In this document: positions 1 through 13,673 of the stretch, one piece after another
How the letters are laid out: every line of letters begins with the position of its first letter
Numbering within the stretch: the first letter of the stretch is position 1
From: the human T2T-CHM13v2.0 reference genome, Homo sapiens
Direction: 5' to 3' (one strand)
DNA length: 64,000 bases
Assembly: GCF_009914755.1 (NCBI RefSeq)
Contig: NC_060931.1
The notes under the pieces: model-generated
What the model saw: the letters and a program-made list of their open reading frames with translations, nothing else
Databases searched by the model: none
Told to the model about the DNA's origin: nothing
Translations under genes and position numbers: made by a program

Positions 1-1459
1 TGTATAATGCTTGTATGATTTATTTATAGGTAAAATCCTTCAGGTTAGCAGTTACAAATGAAAGCTGGGTGATTCCATTACAGATTAAAATCTTTCCTGG
101 CCACTGCTCTGGCTTGCTGAAGCTGTTGTGCTCTCTTTCGTTTGGGAAATCTCAATCTATTGCCCTGTAAGGTAATGACAGTTCATAAGTAACCACAGTC
201 ATTAAAATATGGTTGTTTGAGATATAACTATGGAAGCTGAAGGGGAGAGTACTCATTTTGCCTTAACTTTATATTTACTTTGATCACCAAAGCTTGTAAT
301 TAGTTGCAAGAAAATCTAAAAATTGAGATTCCATCAGAAAGTTGTAAAGCTACTTATTTAGAGGTTGCAGTAACTTGCCTCACCTTTGGTAACTTGAGTA
401 TGTGAGTGTATCTATATTCTGAAAATGAAAGTTATCAAAAATTTAATTAACTAAAAAATTTGAATTATTTCTTTTACTATTTAGTCTTTTTGTCTTCCTT
501 TTATTTCCTGACTTGTTTACTAAAATGTGGTTTCTTTTGTTTTTTTTCAGTGGTTAGAGAGGAATTACTTTTTTGGGGTCATTTCTGTCCCCCTACTCCC
601 TTAATATTGATTTTAGAAATGTGCTTGGTTTTAATTCCATAGCTAAGTTATAATTTTGTAATTATTTTTGTAGTCGGTTGTCTCATTCTCTAATCAAGCT
701 TTTGCTGACTGTGAATTTGTTTATCCAGAAAACAGTTTTTCATTTTCTTGGTGACTTGTAATTAGTAATAAATTGCATGGGACCAAATAATCCAAGGTCT
801 TGAAATCGTATTTTTTGCCTGGATGTTTCCTCCGTGAATTACATTATCTGGAAAATGTCTGACAGTTGTTATTAAGCTGAAATATGAAATAGCTTTGCTT
901 GTTCATGCAAATTTGTTTATGTAGAAACAAGTTTTTCCTAGGCAGAAATAGCTTTTGATAGCATCCTAAGGAAGAGAATGGTTAAGCTGTTTTCTGCATT
1001 TTCTTTTTAAATGTACAATAATTTTTTGGGGGGGTTATGTATGTTTTTGCAGATACGTAAAAACCATGTTTTGTAAAATGCATTGTAGACATTGAAGTAG
1101 AAGAATCTTAGTATTTTCAGGGCCCTTGATAATATCCTCTTTATTTAAAAATGTAACTATAAAAGTTATTGTTTTTCCATTTCTAAAATGAATTTAATAA
1201 AAGCACCTTTTAGCAGGATGTTGGTAAGAATATATGACTTAATATGAAGGTTCATTATATTATTTGAATGAATTGAGCTACTATGTCAGATGTGATTTTG
1301 TTACTGCTGTTTTTCATCTTGAGATTAATATTATAACATTTTATAATTACTATATAGGCATTAGTCAAGGCTGATAAATCGCCTATTATTCAAGTGTTTA
1401 TAAATAAGTGGTTATGCTACAGCTATTTAGAGAAGCATTGTCTTCTGAGTTGATTGATA

Positions 1460-2250
1460 AAAGTCAACAAACATTGAATATGTTTAAAATGTGTTGATTT
1501 CGAGCTCTGCTGTGTAGATATTGAGATAAATAAGACAAACCTTTTCTCCTTGAGACTATAGACTTTGAAGGAGATAGAGAAGTAAACATTTGTAGGATAG
1601 TGTGATAAGTGCTGTGATAGAGGTATATACATAGGGTGACCATATATAATTTATTGTCCAAACTGTTGAGAAATTCAGTGTTCTGATTATTATTACTGTC
1701 TTTAAAAATAAGGGCACAGACCATTGTTTAGTCCTCTTTGGATCATGCAATGTCTAGGGTGACCATTGGGATTTATTGTCAAAATTGGGACACTTTTTGA
1801 GAATGAAAGGGGATGTTATGAATACTTACACTGGGGCAGCAGACATAATCTGGAACTGACCCAGGGAAGCCAGTACACATGTCAACTTTGATATAGCAGC
1901 TTGCTGTGGTGCTCCTAAGCAGGGGAGTCTACCTTTATCAGGAGGAGAGGAATCATTAGGGAGGACTTCTCAGAGGAAGTGATGCTTGAGTTGAAGCTTT
2001 AAAGATGAATAAGAATTAATTAGGTAGAGAAGTGAAAAATCCTAAGCTGAGGGAAAAGTGTGTTTGAGAAAAGAGTAAACCAGAACAGTTGGAGGAACAT
2101 GAAGGGGGTGTGTGTGTGTGTAGTGTAAGAATGTAGGCAGGTGGTAGTTCAAGGAGGGACTTGTATACATAGGAGTTGGAAATGAAATGCAAACTATGGG
2201 GAGTCATTGAATAATTTAAAGGGATAGATGACATCATCACTTTGCTATAT
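1460..2250 (-). mobile_element. L2 LINE 3' fragment (ancient), interrupted by MER94
   Basis: Antisense L2 3'-end wording (caacaaacattgaa..., gtgtgataagtgctgtgatagagg, ttctcagaggaagtgatgcttgagttgaag); boundaries approximate. Confidence 0.6.
1755..1888 (+). mobile_element. MER94-like hAT-Blackjack MITE, with an extra copy of its left end at 1632-1665
   Basis: TAGGGTGACCAT...ttattgtcaaaattgggacactttttgagaatgaaagggg matches the remembered MER94 consensus. Confidence 0.7.
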
Positions 2251-3039
2251 ATACCTCTCCTATTTGTTGGTGGTTATGGAAGGGTGGAGAAGATCCATTG
2301 GTCCCCCATTTTTTCTCTCTGTTCTTTCAGTAAACATTTATCCTAGAAGCTTTCAACCAACTTCTGTTTATTCAGCTTTCTGGATTAACTGATGTCTTCC
2401 ATTTGCTGGATAGGACATGCTGACTGATGACCTCACAGACTGTTCTTATGCCCTCACTACTCACCTCACCACCTACAGTCATAGGCTGACTAGGAGTTGG
2501 TTGTGTACATTCCTAAACCTTTTTGCCCTCTTTATTTGTCTTTCTAAGTGTGTATTCAGTACTATGTAAATTGATAAAACATGAGTGTGAAAATATTTTT
2601 TTTTGCTATAAAAATGTAAATTGAATTCTTTGGGGAAGAGCTGATAAAATATGTCACTTAAAGATCTTGTTAAATTAGATGAGGGAGATATAGATGACAG
2701 AAACTCTTTCAACAAATATCTAAAAAGATGTGCCACTCCAATTATTTTGTGAGTGTCTTCAAGTTTTTGTCCCACTTTAAAGAAAACCAAACTGGCCATC
2801 ATAGCCAATGAATTATGCAGGAAAGATACTGTGGATCATTAATTTGCAGACCTAAGCTCAAAGTAAAGGTGTTGGCCTGATGTCAAAAGATTGGTAAATG
2901 AATATACTTCTAGGTGTCTTACATTAATATAGACCTATTAAAATATACATCAGTTTTTATGATTTCTAACTTTAACTGCCATTTTCAATTATCGGACAAA
3001 TTCTTAGTCTAAATTGCTTCTTCTAAGAGAGCATCTTTT

Positions 3040-3740
3040 TGTAAAAAGTGTCTGCTTTAAGCTAGGCAGTATGCTAATCACCTGAATTACATATTAGAAT
3101 ACATCTCCCAAGGAGCTTGAATTCGCTTGGGAGAGACGGACACGTAAGTCACAATGTACTGAGAGTTGCATTGCAATAGAGGTGTGCACAGGATGCTGTG
3201 AGTGCGGAGAGGGGACACTTGGGTTCTGGAGGCAAGTTCCAGGAAACTCCTGGGAGAAGCCAAACTCTATCTGAGTTTCGAAGGTTTAATAAGTGTTGGT
3301 AGAAAAAGGGACAAGTGTGCAACCTAACAGCGAGGCACAGAAAAGAGAAAAAAATGCTGTCTTTTGCAGATCTCAGAGTATGATTTATTTATAGGCAAAA
3401 TATTGTTGGTACATGGTAAGGCATGTACCACAAAGTTTAATATTGTTGGTACATGTTAAGGCAAGGGCAGATTAAGAAGCTTCCTTTGTGCTAGACTTAG
3501 TTTGCACACTTTTCTGAAAACATACTAGTTGGAGGGGGTTTTGAGCATGGAAAGGCATTTTTAGATTTGTATATTAGAAAACCACTCTAATAGAGAGTGG
3601 AGATAGATAGAAAGGCTAGGTGTGGGGTGGGAATGCAGCAGTCACAGTGAACACGGATGAGACTGATGAATGTTTGTCAGAATGGAGGCTGAAACAGGCA
3701 AAGGGTAAACTGGGCAAGCTGGATTAGGCAGAAGATGATA
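3040..3740 (-). mobile_element. L2 LINE fragment (ancient)
   Basis: Purine-rich antisense L2 wording (caaggagcttgaattc..., atagaggtgtgcacaggatgctgtgag, atctgagtttcgaagg); boundaries approximate. Confidence 0.5.
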
Positions 3741-4204
3741 AGAGGTGCTATTTTGTGTGAAATTAACTTTTAAGTGCAAAAATCATATGTGACTATTTTT
3801 TATTTATCCATGTATTTTTCCTACTCTCCCCACAAAGGATCTTGCCTAGTGCTTGGTTGATAACAGATGCTCAGCAAATGAGAGCTAATGTAGGAATTAA
3901 CTAGACATAAACAGGGAATTGATTGTCTTTGATCCAATAGTTGCAAAATACGAGGGATGAACTCATAGGGGCCTTAGAGCCAAGGCTGTGGATCTGAGTG
4001 TTAGATCCAGGTATATATGTCATTGGGATACTGTGAGGAGAGGAAACATGAGAATAAGGGGTAAGACAGCAGGAGAGTGTTGGGAGGCAGCATGATGGGG
4101 GAGCCCCACATTTTGGAGAAATAGAGTTTGAGAAATAGCGCTTCAGAGAAAGTTTGGAGAAAAAGATTAGAAAGATTTTAAGAAGCATAAAGGTTGCTAA
4201 ACAT

Positions 4205-4503
<299 letters not shown>

Positions 4504-4930
4504 CTATCTTTATACTTTTATAGAGATGGGTTGGTAGGTGAAGTAAGTAACTCTGAGGAAAGCCAATGGTATATGTGGATTGAGACTGGGGAAAGAGTAC
4601 TGCACATCAGGAAGGGGAAAGGAGTTACAGAGATACAAAGATAGAGACTTGCATTTATTTCTGGTAAAGTAGGTTAACATTACCTATTTAGCCATTTAAA
4701 ATTAGCCATTTAAAATATGTAATAGTAACTTAGAGCTGTGCACAAGGTCATGGCAGATTTGGAATCAGAGATGAGGTCCTGAAAGAACCAGTGCTGGGCT
4801 TAGCTGTCAGTTTTGCAGGTTAAGCTAGACTGTTAGCGTATCCGTACAAAATAGTTATGAAGATTAATGTTGCCTTCTGTAGAATGATTTTGCCTGGTCA
4901 GCTGGAAGTTTTTCTTTTTTTCCTTTGCAG

Positions 4931-5086
4931 ATTTTTCCAGCTGTTGTTTTGCCCTCTGAAGTACTGGGTCTATAATGATCTTAAAGTCTTCAGAGAAATA
5001 TACATGAATATTATTCTTCATCAGCAGTAGAATGAAGTAATTTCTCTTTCAATATTAATTTACACTGAAAAAAGAAGTGCTCACCA
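4931..5086 (+). other. Candidate non-coding exon
   Basis: Strong acceptor ttttcttttttcctttgcag|A at 4930; donor CCA|gtaaga at 5087 (weaker alternative GAA|gtaatt at 5037); stops in all three frames. Confidence 0.3.
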
Positions 5087-5441
5087 GTAAGAGGTTTTAT
5101 GTTCTTTTCTGACGGCAGGTGAACTTCAGATAATGTTCTGGTAACTCCTAAGTTACAGGAACGCTATTGACCCAATTGACCCAGTTGATTTCAAGTAATA
5201 GACTTGACAGCTCATTGTAAATTAAAATCCCTTTCCTATTGGCCCAGTGTCGTACAGTGGTATTTTGTTTCCGGAAACAGATATCATATTATAAAAATAC
5301 TACAATTAGTCATGAAAATGAATAAAGAGAACTTACAGTGTATATTTATGCAAATACTAGGTATACTAACCAACATGATAATAATGTAAATGCTCCTTTT
5401 AGGGATTTTTTTTCTGCATGAATTAGACTGACTGGATTCTT

Positions 5442-5740
<299 letters not shown>

Positions 5741-6883
5741 TGACTGTGGATTCTTAAAATACAGTTTCTATGTGTGTCTCAGAGTGTTTGGATGGTAAAT
5801 GCAGGGGAGTGGCTGTTTCCATGGCTATTTCTTCTTCAGTGAATTTTTGTTGCTGAGTCTTCAGTGACCTGGCTCTGGGTATTAGCTTCACTTGAAGTAG
5901 GTAGGTGATGGAAGAGTCATTAGCCAGTTTTAAAGACAAGTTTAGTTTTCTCTGCTGTTATATAGATAAATTGGCAAGTGGTTGTGATTGAGCCTTTCCA
6001 CCTTAGGGGTGGTCAGAAATCCATTAACTTAGTATTGCCCTTCTTAGAAATAATGGATTATGATGATGATGATTTTTCAAAACAGATGAGTACTTACCAG
6101 CCAAAAGGCTTTTGTGTCATTATATTTTGCTTTATGATTTTGTAAATTGTGTCAAAAAGATTGAATTGGTGCCAGCTCCATGTTTGAATTCTCTAAAAAA
6201 TAAGTGCTGGTTTAGATGATCTATCTAGATAAAACATTTCAAACATTTATTATTGAATTCTTCTTAATATGCTACATAAATAGTCAGACCCCTTGTTTTT
6301 GTGAATGTTATTTTGAGGTATGTATTCAGTGTTTGCTAAGTTTGTTAGAATTGAGGCAGAGTTTTGGAGACCCTTGGAGTAGAGCTAATTCTGGAAGTTA
6401 AATTTTTACCTATCTTAAAATTGAGAGAGTATGTATTCATGGCATTTGACCTTGAAATTATATGTAGGAGTGGTGGAGAAGGGAAAGGGGTGGTGGAACT
6501 CAACATCACGACAGTTCATGAATTAAATTAACTACCTGCTCTACCAATAATAAGTATGATACATCTTTTTCATATGCCTCTCTTCATTTACAAAGATGGT
6601 GCTGGGCATTCCAATCTACCTGAAGCATTTTTTTTTTTTTTTTTTGGTCAGGAGAGGTAACAGGGTTTGAACCCATCTTCATTCCACTATGCATTCTCCC
6701 GTGTGACTGCTGTCACATACCTGAGAGACAGATGGTTGGGAGTGCAGTAAATATATGTGGAACAGAGTGAACCAGCACAATGTGACTAAAGATGTGACTA
6801 TATGATAAAAAGTCAGGAATGAATTAACTTTGTCTATAAATAAGCACACACAGATATAGATTTTCTCTGACAATTTAGGCATA

Positions 6884-6958
6884 CACACATCTCTGCATAT
6901 ATATATATACACATATTTAGTGTCATATATATGTATATATATGACATATATATACACA
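6884..6958. repeat. (TA)n/(CA)n low-complexity microsatellite
   Basis: Alternating TA/CA dinucleotides seen directly. Confidence 0.8.
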
Positions 6959-7499
6959 GCATATTTAGCGTCCTATCATCATGTAGGAAGATTTCAGTGC
7001 TGTAATTATTAAGAACAGTTACATTATTGAACTACAAAGCTGAAAGAAATTCTTTGGGAATGTAGTTTGCCATGATTCCACTTGAAATGTGCAAATTTAC
7101 GAAGAGATTAAGGAAGATAAATGTATTATGGTTTAGTTTTTAAATAAGGCCTGCTACTTCTCTGGAAAGTCAGAAATACAACCAAGGTGAAATTAACATA
7201 TTCTGAACTATTTGCAGAAATGCTGCTGAAACATGTAAAGTATCAAAGTGCTTCTTAAGTCATGACTGAATTTAGGTAGACAGGCAGAGAGATCAGAATA
7301 GAATGTGAAGTGGGAGGCATTCTCCTCCCTCTCTCAACTGTATTGGAGACACAGCTCCAGTGTGATTAACACTGTGAAAAGGAGGTATACTCAATTACAT
7401 GCTTCTAGTGCTAAGGACGAATGGCATCTTTTTACCTCAGAAGAAACAAAGCTTTTGTTTTGTTCCAAAATGATAATGGGACATTATCATTTTGATGAT

Positions 7500-7695
7500 G
7501 ATAATAAAATAGATAACATTCACCATACCAGGCACCAAGTAAAGGGCTTTATTTATGCTAATTAACTTGGTCCTTACAATAGCTGATCACTTTTTAGCAG
7601 TGGAAACCCAGGCACCAAGAACTTAAGCATGGAGTCCACAGCTTATGAACAGACCCAGCATGCAGCCTAGGTAGTCTGGCCTGAGCCTGTGTTTA
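7500..7695 (-). mobile_element. MIR SINE
   Basis: Antisense MIR core wording (ccaggcacc...ggaaacccaggcac...cctaggtagtctggcctgagcctgtg). Confidence 0.55.
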
Positions 7696-8560
7696 CTGAT
7701 GTAAGAGTCAGGTTTTAGAATAGGCCCTTCATGATAAGCTATCTTCTTGCTCTATTTTTATCCCATTTGGAAAATCCCTTTAATGCTTTTAATTGAATTT
7801 GAAGCAGACTGCCATTGAATAACGTGATCAAAGTAAAGATGTATGTTCTCAATTTGGGACAAATAAAACTCTAACATTTTTAGTTTTTTTGTTAATGTTA
7901 TTTTATTTACTAGTCTTTGAAAACTTTTGTGAAATAGTTCATATTTAACAGATGAGGAACCAGAGGCAGAGTCTTAAATCCACAAAATGAGGGTAAAGTA
8001 AGAGGTGACCCAGGAATTATTTGAATGTAGAATTTTGTTTGGGCAATATTTTGGCCTTTTTACTGTATAAAATGCATATGAGCAGAGGAGAGCACTAGAT
8101 CAGGGGTCAGTTAATGTGTCTTCCCTGTATCAGACTCACACTGACAGTTCAGAAAGTAATTGAGTCACAACAGCACACCTGTAACAATTTAGACATCAAA
8201 CACTTGCTTTGAACATTTTGTCCTTTGTTTCATCTCCTTTAATGTGACCTTTCAAGATCTCTAACATGTGGTATGAATTTGAGAGCTTCTCAACCTTTAT
8301 TGTTGAGATCTATCCTGAGTTTTATCACCCAAGTATTATCCCTCATGTTTATAGAACATTTTTTTTTTTTGTCAAAAAGATCTGGCCTTTGAATTCAGAT
8401 CAGATTCAGTGTAGTTAAGAAAATATGTCAAAACAAATATAGTCAGAAATTCACAGTACCTTTGTGTTCTGTTTAGGCTATTAGCTGAGCCTTTATTTAC
8501 CATTTTTGGTGCTTTTGTTATCGATGTTATGTTTTAAAAATATATACATGTTTCTGGAAC

Positions 8561-8730
8561 TATATATATGTCTGTGTGTGTATACGTATATGTACACATA
8601 TATACGTCTATATACATATATATGTGTATATATTTGATGTTAAAAGCTTTTATCAAATTGTGTGTGTGTATGTATATACACACATACATGTATATGTACG
8701 TATACATACACACACACACACACATATATA
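8561..8730. repeat. Compound (TA)/(TG)/(CA) microsatellite at the tail side of a FAM
   Basis: Seen directly; explains the low-complexity ORFs at 8534-8797. Confidence 0.85.
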
Positions 8731-8883
8731 TTTTAAGAGATGTGTTGCCCAGGCTGGAGTACAGTGGTTATTCACAGGTGTGGTCATAATTCACTGAAGC
8801 TTCAAACTCCTGGGCTCAAGTGATCCTACTGCACCAAGCCTTCCTAGTAGCTTGGACTACAGTTGCGCTCCACTGCACCCAGC
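8731..8883 (-). mobile_element. FAM (fossil Alu monomer)
   Basis: Single monomer retaining the 7SL-derived segment cagtggttattcacaggtgtggtcata, which FLAM/FRAM and dimeric Alus lack. Confidence 0.85.
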
Positions 8884-9249
8884 TTATAATTTTTTGATTA
8901 ACAGCAATTCTAAGAGAATATTATGTAATGAAGTGTGAGAATAATTAGTGCAGTGGTTTGAACTTTAAGACATACGAATTTTATGTTCATGAATAATGTA
9001 CATTGTGTTTTCATACATTGTCTATGGAGAGTCATTTTCACTGCCTGAAATTGGTCACCTTCAATTCCTTCTCATCTCTCCGCCAAAGTATGAAAAGAAG
9101 ATTGCAGGGCTAAGCTACTACTTAAATATTATTCCTTTTCATAACCCTTCATATAGCACCAGTGAACCAAGGACTTTGTACAGTCTAGAGCCAAATGATG
9201 ACAACATGTGGCCTATGCCAAAGATAGGTTTTAGTAGATATTAGGGAGC

Positions 9250-9450
9250 ATTGTGAAAAAAATGGTTCTGTGGTTGAATATGTTTGGGAAACTTCATACC
9301 ATGCCCCCTTCTTAGAAAATCATAAAGCTATTAACGTATGCAGGGCCCCTGAAAGACCACATTGTTACATTTTTTAAAAAGTTCTCTTCTTGCCTTGTTT
9401 TAAATGTGATATTATTTAACATTCTGTGGCTTCTGGAACACAGTTGGATA
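9250..9450. mobile_element. Ancient hAT-Charlie MITE fragment (MER112/MER113-like)
   Basis: aaatggttctgtggttgaatatgtttgggaaac...ccccttcttaga resembles the family; exact name uncertain. Confidence 0.4.
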
Positions 9451-10513
9451 AAAATTATTGTTGTACAGTTTTAAAAACAGAATTATTCTTTTGAATTGCG
9501 TTTCATAAGTTCAGTTCTTATTGCCTTTCCCACCTCAATGATTATCCCAGAAATCTGAAAATTTTATAATAATGAATGTAGGCTTATGATAAAGTGGTTT
9601 CAATTAACAAAAGTATTGCTGTGATAAAGTAGTTTCACCTTTGAGTAAAACTTGTTGATTGCACTAAGTAGACCATTTTTGCCATTTCATTCTGGAAACC
9701 AGAGATTGCGGATTTTAAATTTTCTTTTAATCTCCTGAATCAGCCTGGATTATAACATGCTGTATTTTCTGTCTCATGATAACCATATTGCTGTAAAATA
9801 TGAGAAAATTATAAACATTGTTTTGTTTAAATAATTGATAGTAGTAAAGTAAATATTTTAGGCTATGTTTACATTTGTAAAAGAAGATTTGAGCAGTAAT
9901 TTCATCCCTTAGAGAAAGCCCATTTGGGTAATCAAGTCTAAATTAAAGTAATTTTCCTCAATAATTAGGTTTAAGTGTTGATGTCTGGGTACCAGAGAAG
10001 ACAATGGACTTGGAGTGTGGATACTTTTAGACTTTCCTGTCTGTGTTTTCTTAGTGGTAATTATTTGTTATGGGTGATCTTTTTCCTCTGGGCGCCAGTT
10101 TCCTCTTCTCTAAATTGAAAAGGTTCTATTAGATGATCTAAGATCTGTTTGAGCTCCTAAAATCAGTCTTCTTTAATTCTGTATCTAAACAATAATTCTA
10201 GTTCTTATTTCTGTTTTGCCCAGGAAAGCTTTTAACATTAAATCAGGCTTCTGCCAGTAGTAGTCTTTGCTCTTTAGCAATACTGGAGGTCCAGGGATAA
10301 AGGACATCTCTGTTTTCATCTTACCATTTACTATCTTATGTCATGTTCTGTATTCCGTATTCTAAAGGGACTTGAGTATTGTAAACAGGAAAACCTGAGC
10401 AAAGATTGCATGAAAGAACCTTTTAAGGTACTTTGCCTTCAAGTAATGTTAAAGTTGTTTAAACAGTGTACTAATAAAACCTTTCACTAAGTATGGGGAG
10501 ACTGTGTAGGGGG

Positions 10514-10545
10514 GTGTGTGTGTGTGTGTGTGTGTGTGTTTGTGT
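10514..10545. repeat. (TG)n microsatellite
   Basis: Seen directly. Confidence 0.95.
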
Positions 10546-10859
10546 ATATATTTTTTCCCTCCAAAAGTGATCTAACAACTTAAATAATTAAGAATTCTAA
10601 ACATACTGGTGGGAAATGTTACCAAATGGTAAAACATTAATTCTGTAATATGTTTTGTTTAGTAAATGACCAGTCCCTGGTCATTAATTGCTTCCTTGAC
10701 TTTGGGCAAGTAATTTCTCTAGTTGTTAAAAGACTCTTTAGCTCTTGTATATACTTAGGGTATTCTGAATAAATTTATACATATTAAAGCAAAAATAGGA
10801 GGAATTTTTTTTGTTTTATCCCTCTGGCTTTTTTCAATTGGTAGTATGACAGTTGACAG

Positions 10860-11070
10860 GCATGTAAGACCATTCCATGTCCATGTATTAGCATTTTTAA
10901 TAGCTCTGTAGTATAAATGTGCCCTAACTTATTATTCATCCTTTCTTTATTGATGGATATTAGATTATTTCCGATGTTTTTGCTTCTATGAATAATGCTG
11001 CATCTTGATATATTTTGTGTACATGTCTGAGTGTTGTGGGATAGGCTCCTAGAAGTAGTGCTGCTCAGAG
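10860..11070 (-). mobile_element. Old L1M 3' fragment
   Basis: ttgatggatattagattatttcc...gaataatgctgca...cctagaagtag is typical antisense L1M 3' sequence. Confidence 0.6.
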
Positions 11071-11559
11071 CCCTTTCTTGTCCTCCAAGCTCTCCCTCTC
11101 CTAAGCTCCCTGCAAATCCTTCTAGCATGTAATGAACCATATTTTATTGAAAGTATGAGGCTGTTCCCTTCACTGGAAGTTCCTAGGGGACACAGATTGT
11201 CATTTATTCATTGTTATATCCTTAGCACTGAGCACACGGTAGTTAAAAATAAATTTGAACTGAACTTGAAACTTGAAAATCAATATCCAATGTTTTAATT
11301 TTAAAGTCTTGGCCTGTCTTTTACAGACTTCTTCAATGTTGCAATAATTTTTTTCCCTAGTATAATTGGATCATAACATAGATCTCCTGATGGCCACAGC
11401 TATCAACATATAGGTAACTCAGTTCTTTGCAACTTACATTTCAGAAGCTTGTCATGACCCAATTACACAGGCGTAGTTTCTTACAGAATAAATGTTTTCC
11501 AAGTCTCTTGAGATAATTCTCCTAATTAGAAATCAGGGGTGAGAACCTTTATGTAATCA

Positions 11560-11800
11560 GCATTGTGGTAGATTGAAAAGAATACAGGTTTTGGAGTTGA
11601 TGTTTGAAAGCATCTTCTCTGTGGTATTCTATAGCCATTTACTTAGGCTGAGTTTACTGGTTTATGGGAGATCCAGTTTTTTCCTCTGTAAAATGAAGAT
11701 AGTATTCTATATTAAGATAGGGCACTGGAAAGGCTAATGGAGGTCTTGAATGTGAAATGTTTAATGTGGGACTTGGTACAGGTACGTACTTGTGAAATAT
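11560..11800 (+). mobile_element. MIR SINE
   Basis: MIR core cagttttttcctctgtaaaatgaagata with 5' wording aaagaatacaggttttggagt. Confidence 0.65.
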
Positions 11801-11908
11801 TAGTTCCCTTCCCAGGTACCATCAGAGTTTTCAATCTTGAGGGGAGCTGGGCTGACAACATATTCACTATAGTTTTCTATATCAGTGGGGTACTCTGGTA
11901 GAGTAGAA

Positions 11909-12213
11909 CAGGGGTCCTCAGACCCTGGGCCGTGGTCTGGTACCAGTCTGTGGCCTGTTAGATACTGGGCTGCATAGCAGGAGGTGAGTGGTGGGTGAGT
12001 GAGCATTACTGCCTGAGCTCCTTCTCTTGTCAGATGAGTGGCTGCATTTGATTCTTAAAGGTGCATGAACCCTATTGTGAACTCTGCATGTGGAGGGATC
12101 TAGGTTGCAGGTTCCTTATGAGACCTGAAACTATCACCTGCCCCTGAATTTTTTGTGGAAAAATTGTCTTCCATGAAACCGGTCCCTTATGCCAAAAAGG
12201 TTGGGGAGTGCTG
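11909..12213 (+). mobile_element. MER1B hAT-Charlie MITE with perfect 8-bp TSD
   Basis: caggggtcc...aaaaaggttggggagtgctg; GAGTAGAA at 11901-11908 and 12214-12221. Confidence 0.92.
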
Positions 12214-12934
12214 GAGTAGAAGGTCATAACTGATAAGTACTTCAGAGATTTTGGACAATTACTGTTCAATTTTTTGCCATTCAGACATACCTGATGCTTT
12301 CAGAAGGTTTTCTTTTTTTTTTCTTAGTATGAGTATGTTGACTGTGGCACTGCTATTACTAGGAAAAAAGTGTTCCTAATTTACCAGTGTTAATCATTTC
12401 ATGTTTTCATTGCTAGCTCTTATCTTTTTTTTCTGTCATCTTCCTTAATGTGGTTTATTTAAAAAATTTCTTTGACTGGTCCTGTTTCAAATTGAATGAT
12501 TATGCTGTAGAAAAGATCAGAAATGGTCCTGGCTCTCATCTTTCTTGGGCAAGCCAATTTTTAAACTAATCTGTAAATTTCATTAAACCATGTGAACAAA
12601 CAGTAAAACTGCTTTCAAAAGCATAAGCTATCAGAGATAGAATCAGTTGGTTCTCCTCTAAGTTCCTTTTTGGGGGGTAGAAACTGAAATATGCCATGCT
12701 GTACGTAGTTCTGAGGATTGAAAGAGTTCTTGCAGTATTTTCTCATATAATCTTAGACACGTATCGTGATGTGGATACGCTATTCCTGTGTTTTTAAAGG
12801 GAGAGATAAATGGTGTTTTTTCCCTCAAATTGTGGAAGAGGATGAATTTTTATAAGCAAATATATTAGTATTATTTGTTTACTGGTATAGAGATGCTCAG
12901 CCAGGAATTCATTACTGTGTGATGAAATGAATCT

Positions 12935-13145
12935 CAGTGGAGGCACTGAGAAGGATGATGGATTTGGAACAAGAAGATCTGGGTTTGAGACTCAGCTCTG
13001 GTGCTTACTAGTTGTATGACTTTGTGTAAATGTCTTCCCAGCCTCATTTCTTCATCTAGGAAAAGGGATAATAATACTTTTTCACAGTGTTGTTTTGGGA
13101 ATTAAATTAATATGTCAAGACACTTTCTAAACTTAAAAGCATTAT
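12935..13145 (+). mobile_element. MIR SINE
   Basis: gatctgggtttgagactcagctctggtgcttactagttgtatgactttg...gcctcatttcttcatct. Confidence 0.75.
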
Positions 13146-13621
13146 TATTTACATTGGCAGATACCTATATTGTTGATAGATATTATTATGGCAGCACTTA
13201 CAGCAGTGCTGGTAGAAAGTGAGTCTACAATAACTACTTGCTGAATAAATGAAACAGAGTAACACTGAACTGGAGGAATTTGCTTCTTAGCAGAAGCATT
13301 CAGATTACCCCTTTTTATTTTCTTTCTTCTGTATGTTTCAATTCAAGAAAATAAATATTAATCCAATATAGATTTTTCATAGAGGCAAGGTTTTGATAAT
13401 AATAATGAGTTGCTGAGTATTCCAGTGGACTTTATATAGTGCTTTAGTCAGCAAAACAGACTAAGCATACAAATTATTCATATCATTGAACAGTTTATGT
13501 AACAAATATTTTTTGAACATACACTATGTACTTAGCACTTAGTGACTTAGGTGAACATTGACTGGGAGGATACCATGTGTCCCATCCCAGAAGATTGTAT
13601 AATGTTATGACAGGGACAAGA

Positions 13622-13673
13622 TTATATATATATATATATGTATATATATGTATACATACATGTATATATGTGT

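Noticed and set aside
84-171. Possible exon cag|att...aag|gtaatg
   Set aside because: The acceptor lacks a convincing pyrimidine tract; too weak to call.
8534-8797. Y/I/V/C/H/T-rich ORFs (also at 6679, 13495 and 28560)
   Set aside because: Artefacts of dinucleotide microsatellites.
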